Virus record (IMG/VR): IMGVR_UViG_3300012843_000002
Coordinates: 1 to 53,811 of that record
Source: a virus
Taxonomy: Duplodnaviria; Caudoviricetes
Direction: 5' to 3' (one strand)
DNA length: 53,811 nucleotides
Part shown: positions 38,480 to 46,900 of the stretch, piece after piece
How the letters are laid out: each line of letters starts with the position of its first letter
How positions within the stretch are numbered: position 1 is the stretch's first letter
Made by a program: the position numbers and the translations under genes
The notes under the pieces: model-generated
The model's database searches: none
What the model was told of the DNA's origin: nothing
The model's input: the letters and a program-made list of their open reading frames with translations, nothing else

Positions 38480-38502
38480 AAGCCCGCCTCGGCGGGCTTT
38501 TT
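38480..38502 (+). terminator. Intrinsic terminator closing the protease operon
   Basis: AAGCCCGCC-TC-GGCGGGCTT followed by a T run. Confidence 0.8.
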
Positions 38503-38509
38503 ATGTCCG

Positions 38510-38836
38510 TCAGAAAGGCGCCTCCTCCTCCAGCTTTTCCTCTTCCCAATCCCTCTCCACTACCAAGTCGTCGCGATCTTCGGGTTTCTGCGCCTCCCAC
38601 CTAACCGTGACGCTCTCGTCATCGTTGAAAGTCAGGTCTAGCTCTGGCGTTTCGGTCAACAGCCCCATCACCTCCTCCCACTCCATGTCTCCATCCGTGT
38701 CCAGGCGATGAATTGTCACCCAGCGCTGAGACTGTGCAATGGGGTGATTAATCATCGACGAAACCCGCAGCCCGAGCCGCTCTACCCCGCTCATCTCTTG
38801 GCGTCCTTGTGGTGCCGTCTTCTTCTGCTTGGACAT
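38510..38836 (-). CDS. DUF1654-like protein
   Basis: ERLGLRVSSMINHP-AQ-QRWVTIHRLD..W; AGGAG RBS. Confidence 0.75.
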   Translation of the reverse strand: MSKQKKTAPQGRQEMSGVERLGLRVSSMINHPIAQSQRWVTIHRLDTDGDMEWEEVMGLLTETPELDLTFNDDESVTVRWEAQKPEDRDDLVVERDWEEEKLEEEAPF

Positions 38837-38851
38837 AAGCCATCTCCTTTA

Positions 38852-38867
38852 CTGTATATCCATCCAG
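38852..38867. promoter_or_regulatory. LexA box upstream of the DUF1654 gene
   Basis: CTGTATATCCATCCAG. Confidence 0.75.
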
Positions 38868-38885
38868 CTATTGCAATGAGCATAC

Positions 38886-38994
38886 ATCACGCCTCGTGAA
38901 ACGTGAACCCGCCTCGTAGGGAAAATCCTCAACACACCCTCAGGCAAAATAAATCACACTTCGTGTTGACATAAAAAACACGATGCGTGATATT
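38886..38994 (+). promoter_or_regulatory. OL operators and PL promoter
   Basis: TTGACA (38966)-N17-GATATT; operators at 38886-38900, 38953-38967 and 38977-38991, same WWCAC-N5-GTGWW consensus as OR. Confidence 0.85.
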
Positions 38995-39329
38995 TACATC
39001 AACACGCAGTCACTCTCCAGGGACTGACGAGGGCCTCACCGGCCACCGCTCTTTACACAACCAGACGTGACCACCTCGACGCACCCAGGCCATTACCTGG
39101 GTCGGGACAAGCTAAGTCGTCGACCACGCAGCCTCTGGATAGCTGCCGGACTCCCCCATGGGAGGACGCCAAACCATGCAGCCAGCCGGGAAGAACACCG
39201 AACACGAAATGTGTGACCCGGCCAGGTGGGGATAGCCGCGGCAATAAGCATGGTGCGGAAAGCAGATTTCACTGGCTGGCCTTGGCGACAGGGCCAGACG
39301 GGAAATCAACCGCCCTGGAGGGCAAGACG

Positions 39330-39635
39330 ATGAGTTGCACCTGCATCAGCGATGCCGTGAAGCTGGTTACAGACCAGCTTGCTGAGGAGGCGCCAGGGTC
39401 CGGGCCCTTCTACATGGGCGCAGAGGGCCACAACCTTTCACTGAACATCGAGACCGGAAAGGCCATGCGCCGATTCTGCGTCGAAGTCACCGGCCACTAC
39501 ATGGCGCCGAAGAAAACCGGCGGCATGAAGCGCGTGAACAAAACGGTGTCGGTAGTCGCCAACTACTGCCCACTGTGCGGCAATGCGTGCACCGCCGATG
39601 ACCCGGAAGAAACAACCAGCGCCACGTCAGCCTGA
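39330..39635 (+). CDS. Small Zn-binding hypothetical protein, first gene after PL
   Basis: MSCTC...NYCPLCG; GGAGG RBS. Confidence 0.75.
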   Translation: MSCTCISDAVKLVTDQLAEEAPGSGPFYMGAEGHNLSLNIETGKAMRRFCVEVTGHYMAPKKTGGMKRVNKTVSVVANYCPLCGNACTADDPEETTSATSA

Positions 39636-39671
39636 CGAAAATTGCCCGATCCACCTGGTTCCCCGTCACCA

Positions 39672-39804
39672 GGCTGCATCGGTGTGTGATCTGGATGCGC
39701 AGGCTGATGCGCAAATCGAACCTCGTTTGGCAGCTACTGAGGCATATCGAGTTAGGCGCCAATGCCGGAGATCAGCACCGGCCAGATCACACACCGCTGC
39801 AGCC
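39672..39804 (+). ncRNA. Predicted cloverleaf structured RNA (not a canonical tRNA)
   Basis: 23-bp closing stem with one mismatch enclosing three hairpins; intergenic. Confidence 0.6.
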
Positions 39805-39959
39805 CTTAAGGCGCACGCTCGTGCGCTTTACAGTTCGTAGCACTCACCACCATGCACATTAAGTCGGCTGAATTGGTCGTGACGTTCGCCCTCCCCTGTT
39901 CCGGGAGGTACGCGGCAGCAAGCGTCACGACCAATGCAGCCCAACGGAAGTGAACTCAA

Positions 39960-40811
39960 ATGGCGAAGTCGTTCAAGCAAATGATCAAGGATGGCGAGGT
40001 GCGGCGCGCCGATGCCATGAAGGTTCAACTCGAGGACCTGCACCAAGAGCCTGGCTTCAACCTCCGCACCGAAGGCGAGTCGCTGGAAGCCAGCATTTCG
40101 GCTCTAGCGGAGTTCATCGCTGCCGGCGGCCAGATCCCGCCGCTGGAAGTTCGCCCAAGGGCAGAAGGCGGGGTTTGGCTGGTAGATGGCCATCGCAGGC
40201 GCCGTGCGCTGTTGAAGCTTGATGCCGAGGGCCGGCTTCCACGGATGCCCAATAAAGATAGGCCAGAGGTACTGGAAGCCTGGGTGCCAGTGATCGCTTT
40301 CGAAGGCAGTGATGCCGATCGAGTGGCACGCATCATCACCAGCCAGGAAAACGAAAAGCTCTCCCCCTTGGAGCTGGCTGAAGGCTATAAGCGCCTCCGA
40401 GCTTTCGGCTGGTCGGTGGAGCAGATAGCTACCAAAGTCGGCAAGACGCGGCAGCACGTCGAGCAGGTGCTCACTATCGGCAACGCAAACACTGATGTGC
40501 AGAACCTGGTAGCTGCCGGCCACGTTTCAGCTACGACAGCTGCACAAGTCGTCCGGGAACACGGAGACGGTGCTGGCAAGGTGCTGGGAGCCGAACTAGA
40601 GAAAGCCCAGGTAAACGGCAAGAAGCGAGTTACTGCTGGTTCGATGAAAGGGCCTTCGATACCGAAGCCCAGGCTTGAAGCAGTGCACATCGCGTCACGC
40701 AATTTAATTGCATCGCTGGACTCAATCGATGAGGACAGCCGATCCCTCTCCATCCCCACTGCGCTTGTCCTGCAGCTGCGCGAAGCCCTGGACGGCGCCA
40801 AACCGAGATAA
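39960..40811 (+). CDS. ParB-like protein
   Basis: GFNLR, LVDGHRRRRA, LSPLELAEGYKRL plus HTH. Confidence 0.85.
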   Translation: MAKSFKQMIKDGEVRRADAMKVQLEDLHQEPGFNLRTEGESLEASISALAEFIAAGGQIPPLEVRPRAEGGVWLVDGHRRRRALLKLDAEGRLPRMPNKDRPEVLEAWVPVIAFEGSDADRVARIITSQENEKLSPLELAEGYKRLRAFGWSVEQIATKVGKTRQHVEQVLTIGNANTDVQNLVAAGHVSATTAAQVVREHGDGAGKVLGAELEKAQVNGKKRVTAGSMKGPSIPKPRLEAVHIASRNLIASLDSIDEDSRSLSIPTALVLQLREALDGAKPR

Positions 40812-40817
40812 CACCTC

Positions 40818-41201
40818 ATGGACACGATCACTTGCGGCTCATGGATTGGCCAGCTCGGAAAGGCGCTGGCTCCGCGTGAACTCGAAGCATTGCTGTGGGT
40901 GGCCCAAGGCCTCACCACCAAAGAAATCGCCCGCCAGATGGCGGTCAGCCCAGGCACCGTAGCCAACCGAATCGAGGCCGCGCTGTTCAAGCTGGAGGCC
41001 GGCCGCCGCATCGAGGCGGTCACCAAGGCCATGCGCCAACAGATCATCAGCCCGATCTGCATCGCCCTGGCCGCGCTCATCACCATGCACGCGGTGATCA
41101 ACGACAGCGACCCCATGCGTCGCGATCGTCGCGCGCCGGAGCGCCGCACCGCCCAAGTTCGAATCGTTCGCAAGGCCGAGGCCTTCGAGTACCACGCCTG
41201 A
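40818..41201 (+). CDS. LuxR-type HTH regulator
   Basis: LAPRELEALLWVAQGLTTKEIARQM-VSPGTV. Confidence 0.85.
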   Translation: MDTITCGSWIGQLGKALAPRELEALLWVAQGLTTKEIARQMAVSPGTVANRIEAALFKLEAGRRIEAVTKAMRQQIISPICIALAALITMHAVINDSDPMRRDRRAPERRTAQVRIVRKAEAFEYHA

Positions 41202-41220
41202 CCCTACCGAGGATCATCCC

Positions 41221-41490
41221 ATGCAGACAGCAATGCACCCTGCTTTCGAGCAGAAGCTTGCCGTGCTCGCGGCCTTGCTCGAGCGCAGTAAGTCAGTGAG
41301 GGCCGAGGCGCACGCCAAGGTCAACCAGCCCGCACCGCGGTACCAGGCATCGGGTAAGGACGGAAAATGGGATGTGGTGGAGATCTCCACTGGCGCCGTT
41401 CATGGCTACGCCTTCACCTATCGGGCCGTCATGCGCTTTGTTAACGCGATGGAGGCAGGTGCGGCGAGCAAGGGAGGCGGACTTCAATGA
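41221..41490 (+). CDS. Hypothetical phage protein
   Basis: GAGG RBS, operon continuity. Confidence 0.7.
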   Translation: MQTAMHPAFEQKLAVLAALLERSKSVRAEAHAKVNQPAPRYQASGKDGKWDVVEISTGAVHGYAFTYRAVMRFVNAMEAGAASKGGGLQ

Positions 41491-42032
41491 TCGGTAGCCC
41501 AAATCAAGACCAGCGCAGTGCAGTGCTAGCCCAGCTCAATGCGAGCATCGACAGCTTCTTTCTCGACGGCGGCCAGGTGCAAAGCCTGCCGGCCAAAGGC
41601 TATGTGCCGCGGCGCGCGCACCGTGATCTTGAGCCGGCACGAGCGCAAGCCGCTCCGCTGAACACCCGCACTGAAAGACGCCAGATGCGCATTGAAGAGG
41701 TGCGTGAGCTGGCGAAGCGCATGACTTATGCCGAAGCCGCTGCATACACCGGCCTTTCATTGAGCTGCCTGAGCCGCTACGCCTTGGACGGCCAATTCAA
41801 ATTCAAGCGAGATCCAAGGCGCGGCAAAGGCAACCTGGGCAAGAAGCTCAGCGACCCGGTGGCCGACAGGAACAAAGCGGATCAGATCATCGCCTACCGC
41901 AACTTCTGCATGACCAGATATCAGGTGGTGCGTCTGATGAAGATCTCCGACAAGCAGCTAAAGCGGCTGCTGCGTGAGTTCGAGATCAACTTCCCGACCA
42001 CCGCCGAAAAGCGAGAAGCCAACACAGCATGA
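41487..42032 (+). CDS. Hypothetical phage protein with HTH-like segments
   Basis: ATGA overlap; TYAEAAAYTGLS. Confidence 0.7.
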   Translation: MIGSPNQDQRSAVLAQLNASIDSFFLDGGQVQSLPAKGYVPRRAHRDLEPARAQAAPLNTRTERRQMRIEEVRELAKRMTYAEAAAYTGLSLSCLSRYALDGQFKFKRDPRRGKGNLGKKLSDPVADRNKADQIIAYRNFCMTRYQVVRLMKISDKQLKRLLREFEINFPTTAEKREANTA

Positions 42033-42125
42033 AGCGCATCACCGCGCGCGTCCGGCACGGCGGGCGCCAGCAGCACATTAATCTGCCGCCCAGCGGGCTC
42101 GCAAAAGATCGAGGAGACGCGACGC

Positions 42126-42314
42126 ATGAGAGTCGACCTTCCGGGCCAATTCGACCTACCTATCCAGGTTGCACATCAATCGCCGCCAGACCCCACCGGT
42201 AGCAAGGAAGAACTGGCCGTGCGCATCGCCAAGGCACTGGCCAAGTACGAAGCGCGGCCCTCTTCAGCGCTCTGGATCGAAATTCAGGCCTGCGCGCGCG
42301 CAATCCTCAAGTAA
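42126..42314 (+). CDS. Hypothetical phage protein
   Basis: GAGGAG RBS, 62 aa. Confidence 0.6.
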   Translation: MRVDLPGQFDLPIQVAHQSPPDPTGSKEELAVRIAKALAKYEARPSSALWIEIQACARAILK

Positions 42315-42367
42315 CCACCATGCCGCATCTGGCCCAGGTCTGGGTGTGCAATAGCCCAAGGGCGGGC

Positions 42368-42466
42368 TCAGCTGATGGCCTCAAGAAACACCCAGGTCGC
42401 CCCTAAAGTAAGCATCAGCACAGCAGCCACAACGAAGATCATGTAACGGCAATCGTCATCAGTCAT
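42368..42466 (-). CDS. 32-aa single-pass membrane peptide (not in the ORF track)
   Basis: MTDDDCRYMIFVVAAVLMLTLGATWVFLEAIS; GGGGAG RBS 7 nt upstream; sits in an otherwise empty gap. Confidence 0.55.
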   Translation of the reverse strand: MTDDDCRYMIFVVAAVLMLTLGATWVFLEAIS

Positions 42467-42571
42467 AACCGCGCTCCCCCAAAGTTCTCAATGTTTAAGG
42501 GGTAGAGCAATTCCCATTCCAACACCATGCCGCATCCGGCCACGGAGGGCGGCGCATGCATGGAGAAAGCC

Positions 42572-43333
42572 ATGAACGAAGAGCAACGCCACCAGGAATG
42601 GATCGCCCAGCGCAAAGCCGGAGAGGCCAAGCGTCGCGAGCGGGCCGCCGAGTGCTTGAAGAAACACCAGTACACCGTCCTGGCCGACACCGACCAGTTG
42701 AAAGCATGGCGCTGCAAGGAAACGGGCACCACCTGCTATGCCTTCGACATCCTGGTCACCCGCTTCGGCATCGCCACTGTCGGCGACATCGTCGGCCTGA
42801 CCTTCAGAGTCGGTCTCTCCTACGGCATCGAGTTCCTGGCTGGGGATGACATCGGCTACTACATCCACTCGAAGCTCGAAGAGCATTGCCGCGAGTGCGA
42901 GTTTGATGAGGATGCCTTCCGCGCCGCGCTCGTAACCGGCGTCTGCAGCCAGATCTGCGAGAACACCCATGACGACGATGATTACGCTGCGCTACCCGAA
43001 TGGATGCGTAATGACGGCGGTGTCGGCGAGGCTGGCCGTTGGAATGAGCTGCGCAAGTTGGTCAAGGATCGGCTAGCAGCAATCGCATGCGGTGAAGACG
43101 GCCGCGACTTCTGGGATTCGCTGAATGATCGCCTGTACGAAGCCGATCAAGTCGAGTACATCGAGCAGGCCCGCATGTTCTTGAGCGAGCACCACGAATT
43201 TCTGGGCCTGGGCTGCGACTACTGGGAAATCACCATCGACAAGCCGCGCGACAGCCTGATCAACCGGCTGTACCTGATCAACCATGCCGCCAAGGCGATC
43301 GTCGCCCAGCAATCCGAAGCGAAATCCGCCTGA
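42572..43333 (+). CDS. Hypothetical phage protein
   Basis: Long ORF; GGAG RBS before MNEEQRH. Confidence 0.75.
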   Translation: MNEEQRHQEWIAQRKAGEAKRRERAAECLKKHQYTVLADTDQLKAWRCKETGTTCYAFDILVTRFGIATVGDIVGLTFRVGLSYGIEFLAGDDIGYYIHSKLEEHCRECEFDEDAFRAALVTGVCSQICENTHDDDDYAALPEWMRNDGGVGEAGRWNELRKLVKDRLAAIACGEDGRDFWDSLNDRLYEADQVEYIEQARMFLSEHHEFLGLGCDYWEITIDKPRDSLINRLYLINHAAKAIVAQQSEAKSA

Positions 43334-43432
43334 CCCTCCGGCGCTGCCCGCCAGCGCCTTCCCCAATTAATCGACGACGTCTGCCTGGTGCAGGGGCACC
43401 TGAAGCCACTAAGTCTTGAAAGGAATTCAATC

Positions 43433-44326
43433 CTACTCCTTTGGGGTTCTTGGCAGAAATACATCTTCACCAAACATGTCGAAGTCGTGCCGCAAGGCAG
43501 CTATCGTTTGTGAAGCAGCAGCTCGATCTGGGTCTTTCAGAAGTGCTCTTTCAATCATAGCAAGCTGGGAGCTATTCATAGTTTTGTAGAGATCGGAGAT
43601 CTCGCGAGCCTTACCAAATATGTAGTTAGCGAAACCAGTCGGCCAGTAATACGTTCGAGGCTTGATCACACCTTCCCTGATCGACACGCGGCTCTCGCGC
43701 ATCAGTCTTGATTCTCTATGCCCTGTAAGCCCCAACACCATAAACTTAGGCAGCTTGGTGTATATGATGACTTCACCCTGATCAGTGGCTAGAATATCCA
43801 TCTGCATATTTCGCAAGAAGTACCTATTTACATTTATAGGAACTTCGGCATTGGTTGAATCTACAGGCTCAAGGGGAAATAAATGTTGCTCATATTTACC
43901 AGGGTTAGATGAGCGCCCGAGCAAAAAAGATGCCAGCGCACTTAATGCAGCCTCTTCCACTTCATTTTGCTTACCATCTATCCTTGGGTTGACACTGCGC
44001 ATGTAACCAAGTGTTCGCCAGCTTAGAGATGCACAAAATTTTGCGAGCCAGTCACCGTAAGAAACTTTATCAATTTCGTCTTTTACGAACGGATAGAAGA
44101 GTTTATTAGCAAATTCGCGTTCCCAACCGGAAAACAGCTGCTCACAAGAGCCACACAGCCAGTACTCTTTTTCTATGTCCTGCGCACGCTTATTTAAGTT
44201 GGTATTCTTGCGAATAAACCCAGTAGCCGACGTCTCCTTTACCCATTTACCGACAAACTTTGGAATAAAGTGACTAAGCTTCAACTCTCCATGAGTCAAG
44301 CAAAGTTTGCACTGCCCTGTATTCAT
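43433..44326 (-). CDS. Antisense moron, HNH-like Zn-binding protein
   Basis: CKLC..SHFIP..WLCGSCEQ-FS-WE; AT-richer; GGAG RBS. Confidence 0.75.
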   Translation of the reverse strand: MNTGQCKLCLTHGELKLSHFIPKFVGKWVKETSATGFIRKNTNLNKRAQDIEKEYWLCGSCEQLFSGWEREFANKLFYPFVKDEIDKVSYGDWLAKFCASLSWRTLGYMRSVNPRIDGKQNEVEEAALSALASFLLGRSSNPGKYEQHLFPLEPVDSTNAEVPINVNRYFLRNMQMDILATDQGEVIIYTKLPKFMVLGLTGHRESRLMRESRVSIREGVIKPRTYYWPTGFANYIFGKAREISDLYKTMNSSQLAMIERALLKDPDRAAASQTIAALRHDFDMFGEDVFLPRTPKE

Positions 44327-44419
44327 CCCACATCTCCACTTTTTACCGCCAACTTTTAACCCAAAATACGAGTTTCCGCTACCCCAGCGAGGGCGGCGCC
44401 TGCACGCAAGGACCACAAC

Positions 44420-45199
44420 ATGACCGAACAACAGCACGACGAAAGCAAGCTCGAGCGGGTCATCCGCAAGATCAAGCGCTGCCTGGCCCTTTCCAAAAGC
44501 TCGAACGAGAACGAGGCGGCTACGGCGATGCGCCAGGCCCAGGCGCTGATGCGCGAGTATCGCCTCACCGAGCTGGATGTGCGCCTGAGCGACGTGGATG
44601 AGGTCCAGTCGGAGAAGTCCAGGGCAAACCGGCGGCCAACATGGGATCGGCACCTAAGCGGCATCGTGGCCAGGGTGTTCGGGTGCCGACCACTCTCGTA
44701 TAAGCACTGGTGCAAGTCGTCCGGGCGAATGGTTGAACGGGCCTTGTTCGTAGGCGTGATTCCTGCGCCGCAGATCGCGATGTATGCCTACGAGACCTTG
44801 CTAACCAAGCTGACGCAGGCTCGCCGCGACTACGTGGCCTCGGTCAGGAGTGGTAAGCGCCGCAGCGCCTACTCCCCCGAGACAGCCGGCGATCACTTCG
44901 CAATCGCGTGGGTTTCAGTGGTGCACGGCAAGATCCACGAGCTGGTGCCACGGGGCGAAGAAGATCCAGCTATCGAGCAGTGCTGCAGTGGGCGCGACCT
45001 GGTGCAGGTGGAAAGCCAGGACAAAGCGCTGATCGAGCAGTACCTGAGTGGCCGCGAGATTGGCAAGCAGCGCAAGTCTGGGCCCGTAGAGCTCGACATG
45101 GCCGCCCAGACTGCAGGAATGCTCGCCGGGCAGCGCGTCCAGCTCAATCCAGCCATGGCGCACGGTGGCCAGGAGCAGTTCAGGCTGGGAAGCTCATGA
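44420..45199 (+). CDS. DUF2786-domain protein
   Basis: KIKRCLALSKSSNENEAATAMRQAQALM. Confidence 0.8.
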   Translation: MTEQQHDESKLERVIRKIKRCLALSKSSNENEAATAMRQAQALMREYRLTELDVRLSDVDEVQSEKSRANRRPTWDRHLSGIVARVFGCRPLSYKHWCKSSGRMVERALFVGVIPAPQIAMYAYETLLTKLTQARRDYVASVRSGKRRSAYSPETAGDHFAIAWVSVVHGKIHELVPRGEEDPAIEQCCSGRDLVQVESQDKALIEQYLSGREIGKQRKSGPVELDMAAQTAGMLAGQRVQLNPAMAHGGQEQFRLGSS

Positions 45200-46071
45200 C
45201 GATGAACCCCTACCAGATCACTGGGCCTGCGCAGGTCGGCGTAAGTGGTGGCCGCACCAGCGGGCACATGCTCTGGAACATTCTGGAGGCCCACGGCGGC
45301 AAGCTACCGGCAGACGTGCACGCCTTCTTCCAGAACACCGGCAAGGAGCGCGAGGAGACGCTGGTCTTCATCGACGCTATGGCCAAGCACTGGGGCGTCA
45401 ACATCGTCTGGATGGAGTGGTGCCGGGTGTACGGCCAGCCGGATGACGCGCCCTGGTACAAGATAGTCGACTTCGAGACGGCCAGCCGCAACGGCGAGCC
45501 ATTCACAATGATGCTCGAGTACTACCAGGCCTACCGGAAGGCTGAGAAGAACCTGTCGGCGGTCCTACCGAACTTCAGCAACAATATCTGCACCGCCTAT
45601 CTCAAGGTGAAAATCGGCGAGAAGCACATGCGCGCCCTGGGCTACGACGAGTGGGACTGCATCATCGGAATCCGCTACGACGAGCCCCGCCGCTACAGCC
45701 GAATGATGACCGCCAACGAGCGCGGCAATGCGCGATGGGACAGCGTCTGCCCATCCTACGTCGCTGGCATCATCAAGGAAGACGTGGCGGCCTTCTGGGC
45801 CAAACAGCCTTTCGATCTGGGCATGGATTCGGACTACGGCAACTGCGACCTGTGCTGGAAGAAGAACGAAGCCAAGCTGATTAGGACCATCCAGGAAGAT
45901 CCATCCAGGGTGATCTGGTGGTCTGGTACCGAGGAGCGGTTCGGCCAGGTGTTCCGGCAAGACCGCCCCAACTACCGAGCATTGGCATGGTCAGCAGACC
46001 AGCGCGCTAGGCAGACGGATTTCGATTTCGACTACCTGGCCAAAGACATCGACTGCTTCTGCGGGGATTGA
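45196..46071 (+). CDS. PAPS-reductase-family protein
   Basis: VSGGRTSG PP-loop, FQNTGKE, GIRYDE, GNCDLC, terminal CFCGD. Confidence 0.85.
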   Translation: MTMNPYQITGPAQVGVSGGRTSGHMLWNILEAHGGKLPADVHAFFQNTGKEREETLVFIDAMAKHWGVNIVWMEWCRVYGQPDDAPWYKIVDFETASRNGEPFTMMLEYYQAYRKAEKNLSAVLPNFSNNICTAYLKVKIGEKHMRALGYDEWDCIIGIRYDEPRRYSRMMTANERGNARWDSVCPSYVAGIIKEDVAAFWAKQPFDLGMDSDYGNCDLCWKKNEAKLIRTIQEDPSRVIWWSGTEERFGQVFRQDRPNYRALAWSADQRARQTDFDFDYLAKDIDCFCGD

Positions 46072-46494
46072 TTGTTTGAAAGCTGAAATCAACCCAGCTA
46101 TCGAACCAATCACGCCAACCGCTATGGCAAACCAGTAGTTAACCGACTCACGACGATGCTTCTGCTCCTCCCTGATCGCATCGCGGACAAATTTGAATCC
46201 TTTGTCGGTGAGGTAGATCGGTTGCCTTATGTCTTTGTCCCATTCGACTTGCTCGTATATGCCTTCCTCTTCGAACGATGGCATCTGGACTAGCAGTCTG
46301 TCGGCTTTTCTGCGGAAGTACTCGGTCTGGGCAATGCGCCGCCATGCGTGGAGATCGTTGAACTCTTCGATGAATGAAGCCATCTGTCCGGACTCATAAG
46401 CCTCCGGAGTATCCGGGGGGCATCGCTTTTCCAAATCTTTTTCGCGCCTGGCTATCTTCCACAGCGCCAGCTTGTACCTAACGTAGCTAAGCAT
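45991..46494 (-). CDS. Antisense moron, C-terminally anchored membrane protein
   Basis: AGGAG RBS; YLTDKG then TM segment WFAIAVGVIGSIAGLISAF. Confidence 0.7.
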   Translation of the reverse strand: MLSYVRYKLALWKIARREKDLEKRCPPDTPEAYESGQMASFIEEFNDLHAWRRIAQTEYFRRKADRLLVQMPSFEEEGIYEQVEWDKDIRQPIYLTDKGFKFVRDAIREEQKHRRESVNYWFAIAVGVIGSIAGLISAFKQSIPAEAVDVFGQVVEIEIRLPSALVC

Positions 46495-46546
46495 ATCCAA
46501 ACAACTCCTTCTGACGTTCGGCGAACTATAGCCGCGAGGTATCCCC

Positions 46547-46696
46547 ATGCCCACAGAAAACCGATCCAGCAACACCGAGATGGTCAAAGTGCCGCGAGAG
46601 CTGGCCGATCGTATCCAGCTGCGTATTAACCATGCCGCATTGCATTCAAAGCCGCAAAACCTGTGCGGGGCCTGTTCCTCTCCATCCCATCGTTAA
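46547..46696 (+). pseudogene. Truncated phage gene remnant (MPTENRSSNTEMV...)
   Basis: GAGGT RBS and an N-terminus typical of Pseudomonas phage proteins; stops after 49 aa, just before an AT-rich insertion. Confidence 0.45.
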
Positions 46697-46900
46697 GCAA
46701 AAGCTGCCAGACTCAGAGAGGGCACCAACACATCCTGAGTTTCTAGCTCAAAGGGCTGCGAAAACCACAAGCTCCTCGGATGAACCTTATGGACTTAAGG
46801 TGACGAGGCTCCCGGCTTGAGCAACTCTGGTGACTCACTGAATCATCGAGTTGGAACAATCAAGCTCTTGCACAAAGATTAATCTATGGCACCAATAGAC

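Noticed and set aside
39672-39804. Canonical tRNA gene
   Set aside because: No TTCRA loop, no 7-nt anticodon loop and no CCA; the closing stem is far too long.
43433-44653. 406-aa full-length ORF call, likewise extended starts at 106, 2009, 3629, 4218, 8316, 32855 and 44908
   Set aside because: The extensions overlap neighbouring genes or regulatory DNA; downstream starts with RBS or ATGA coupling fit better.
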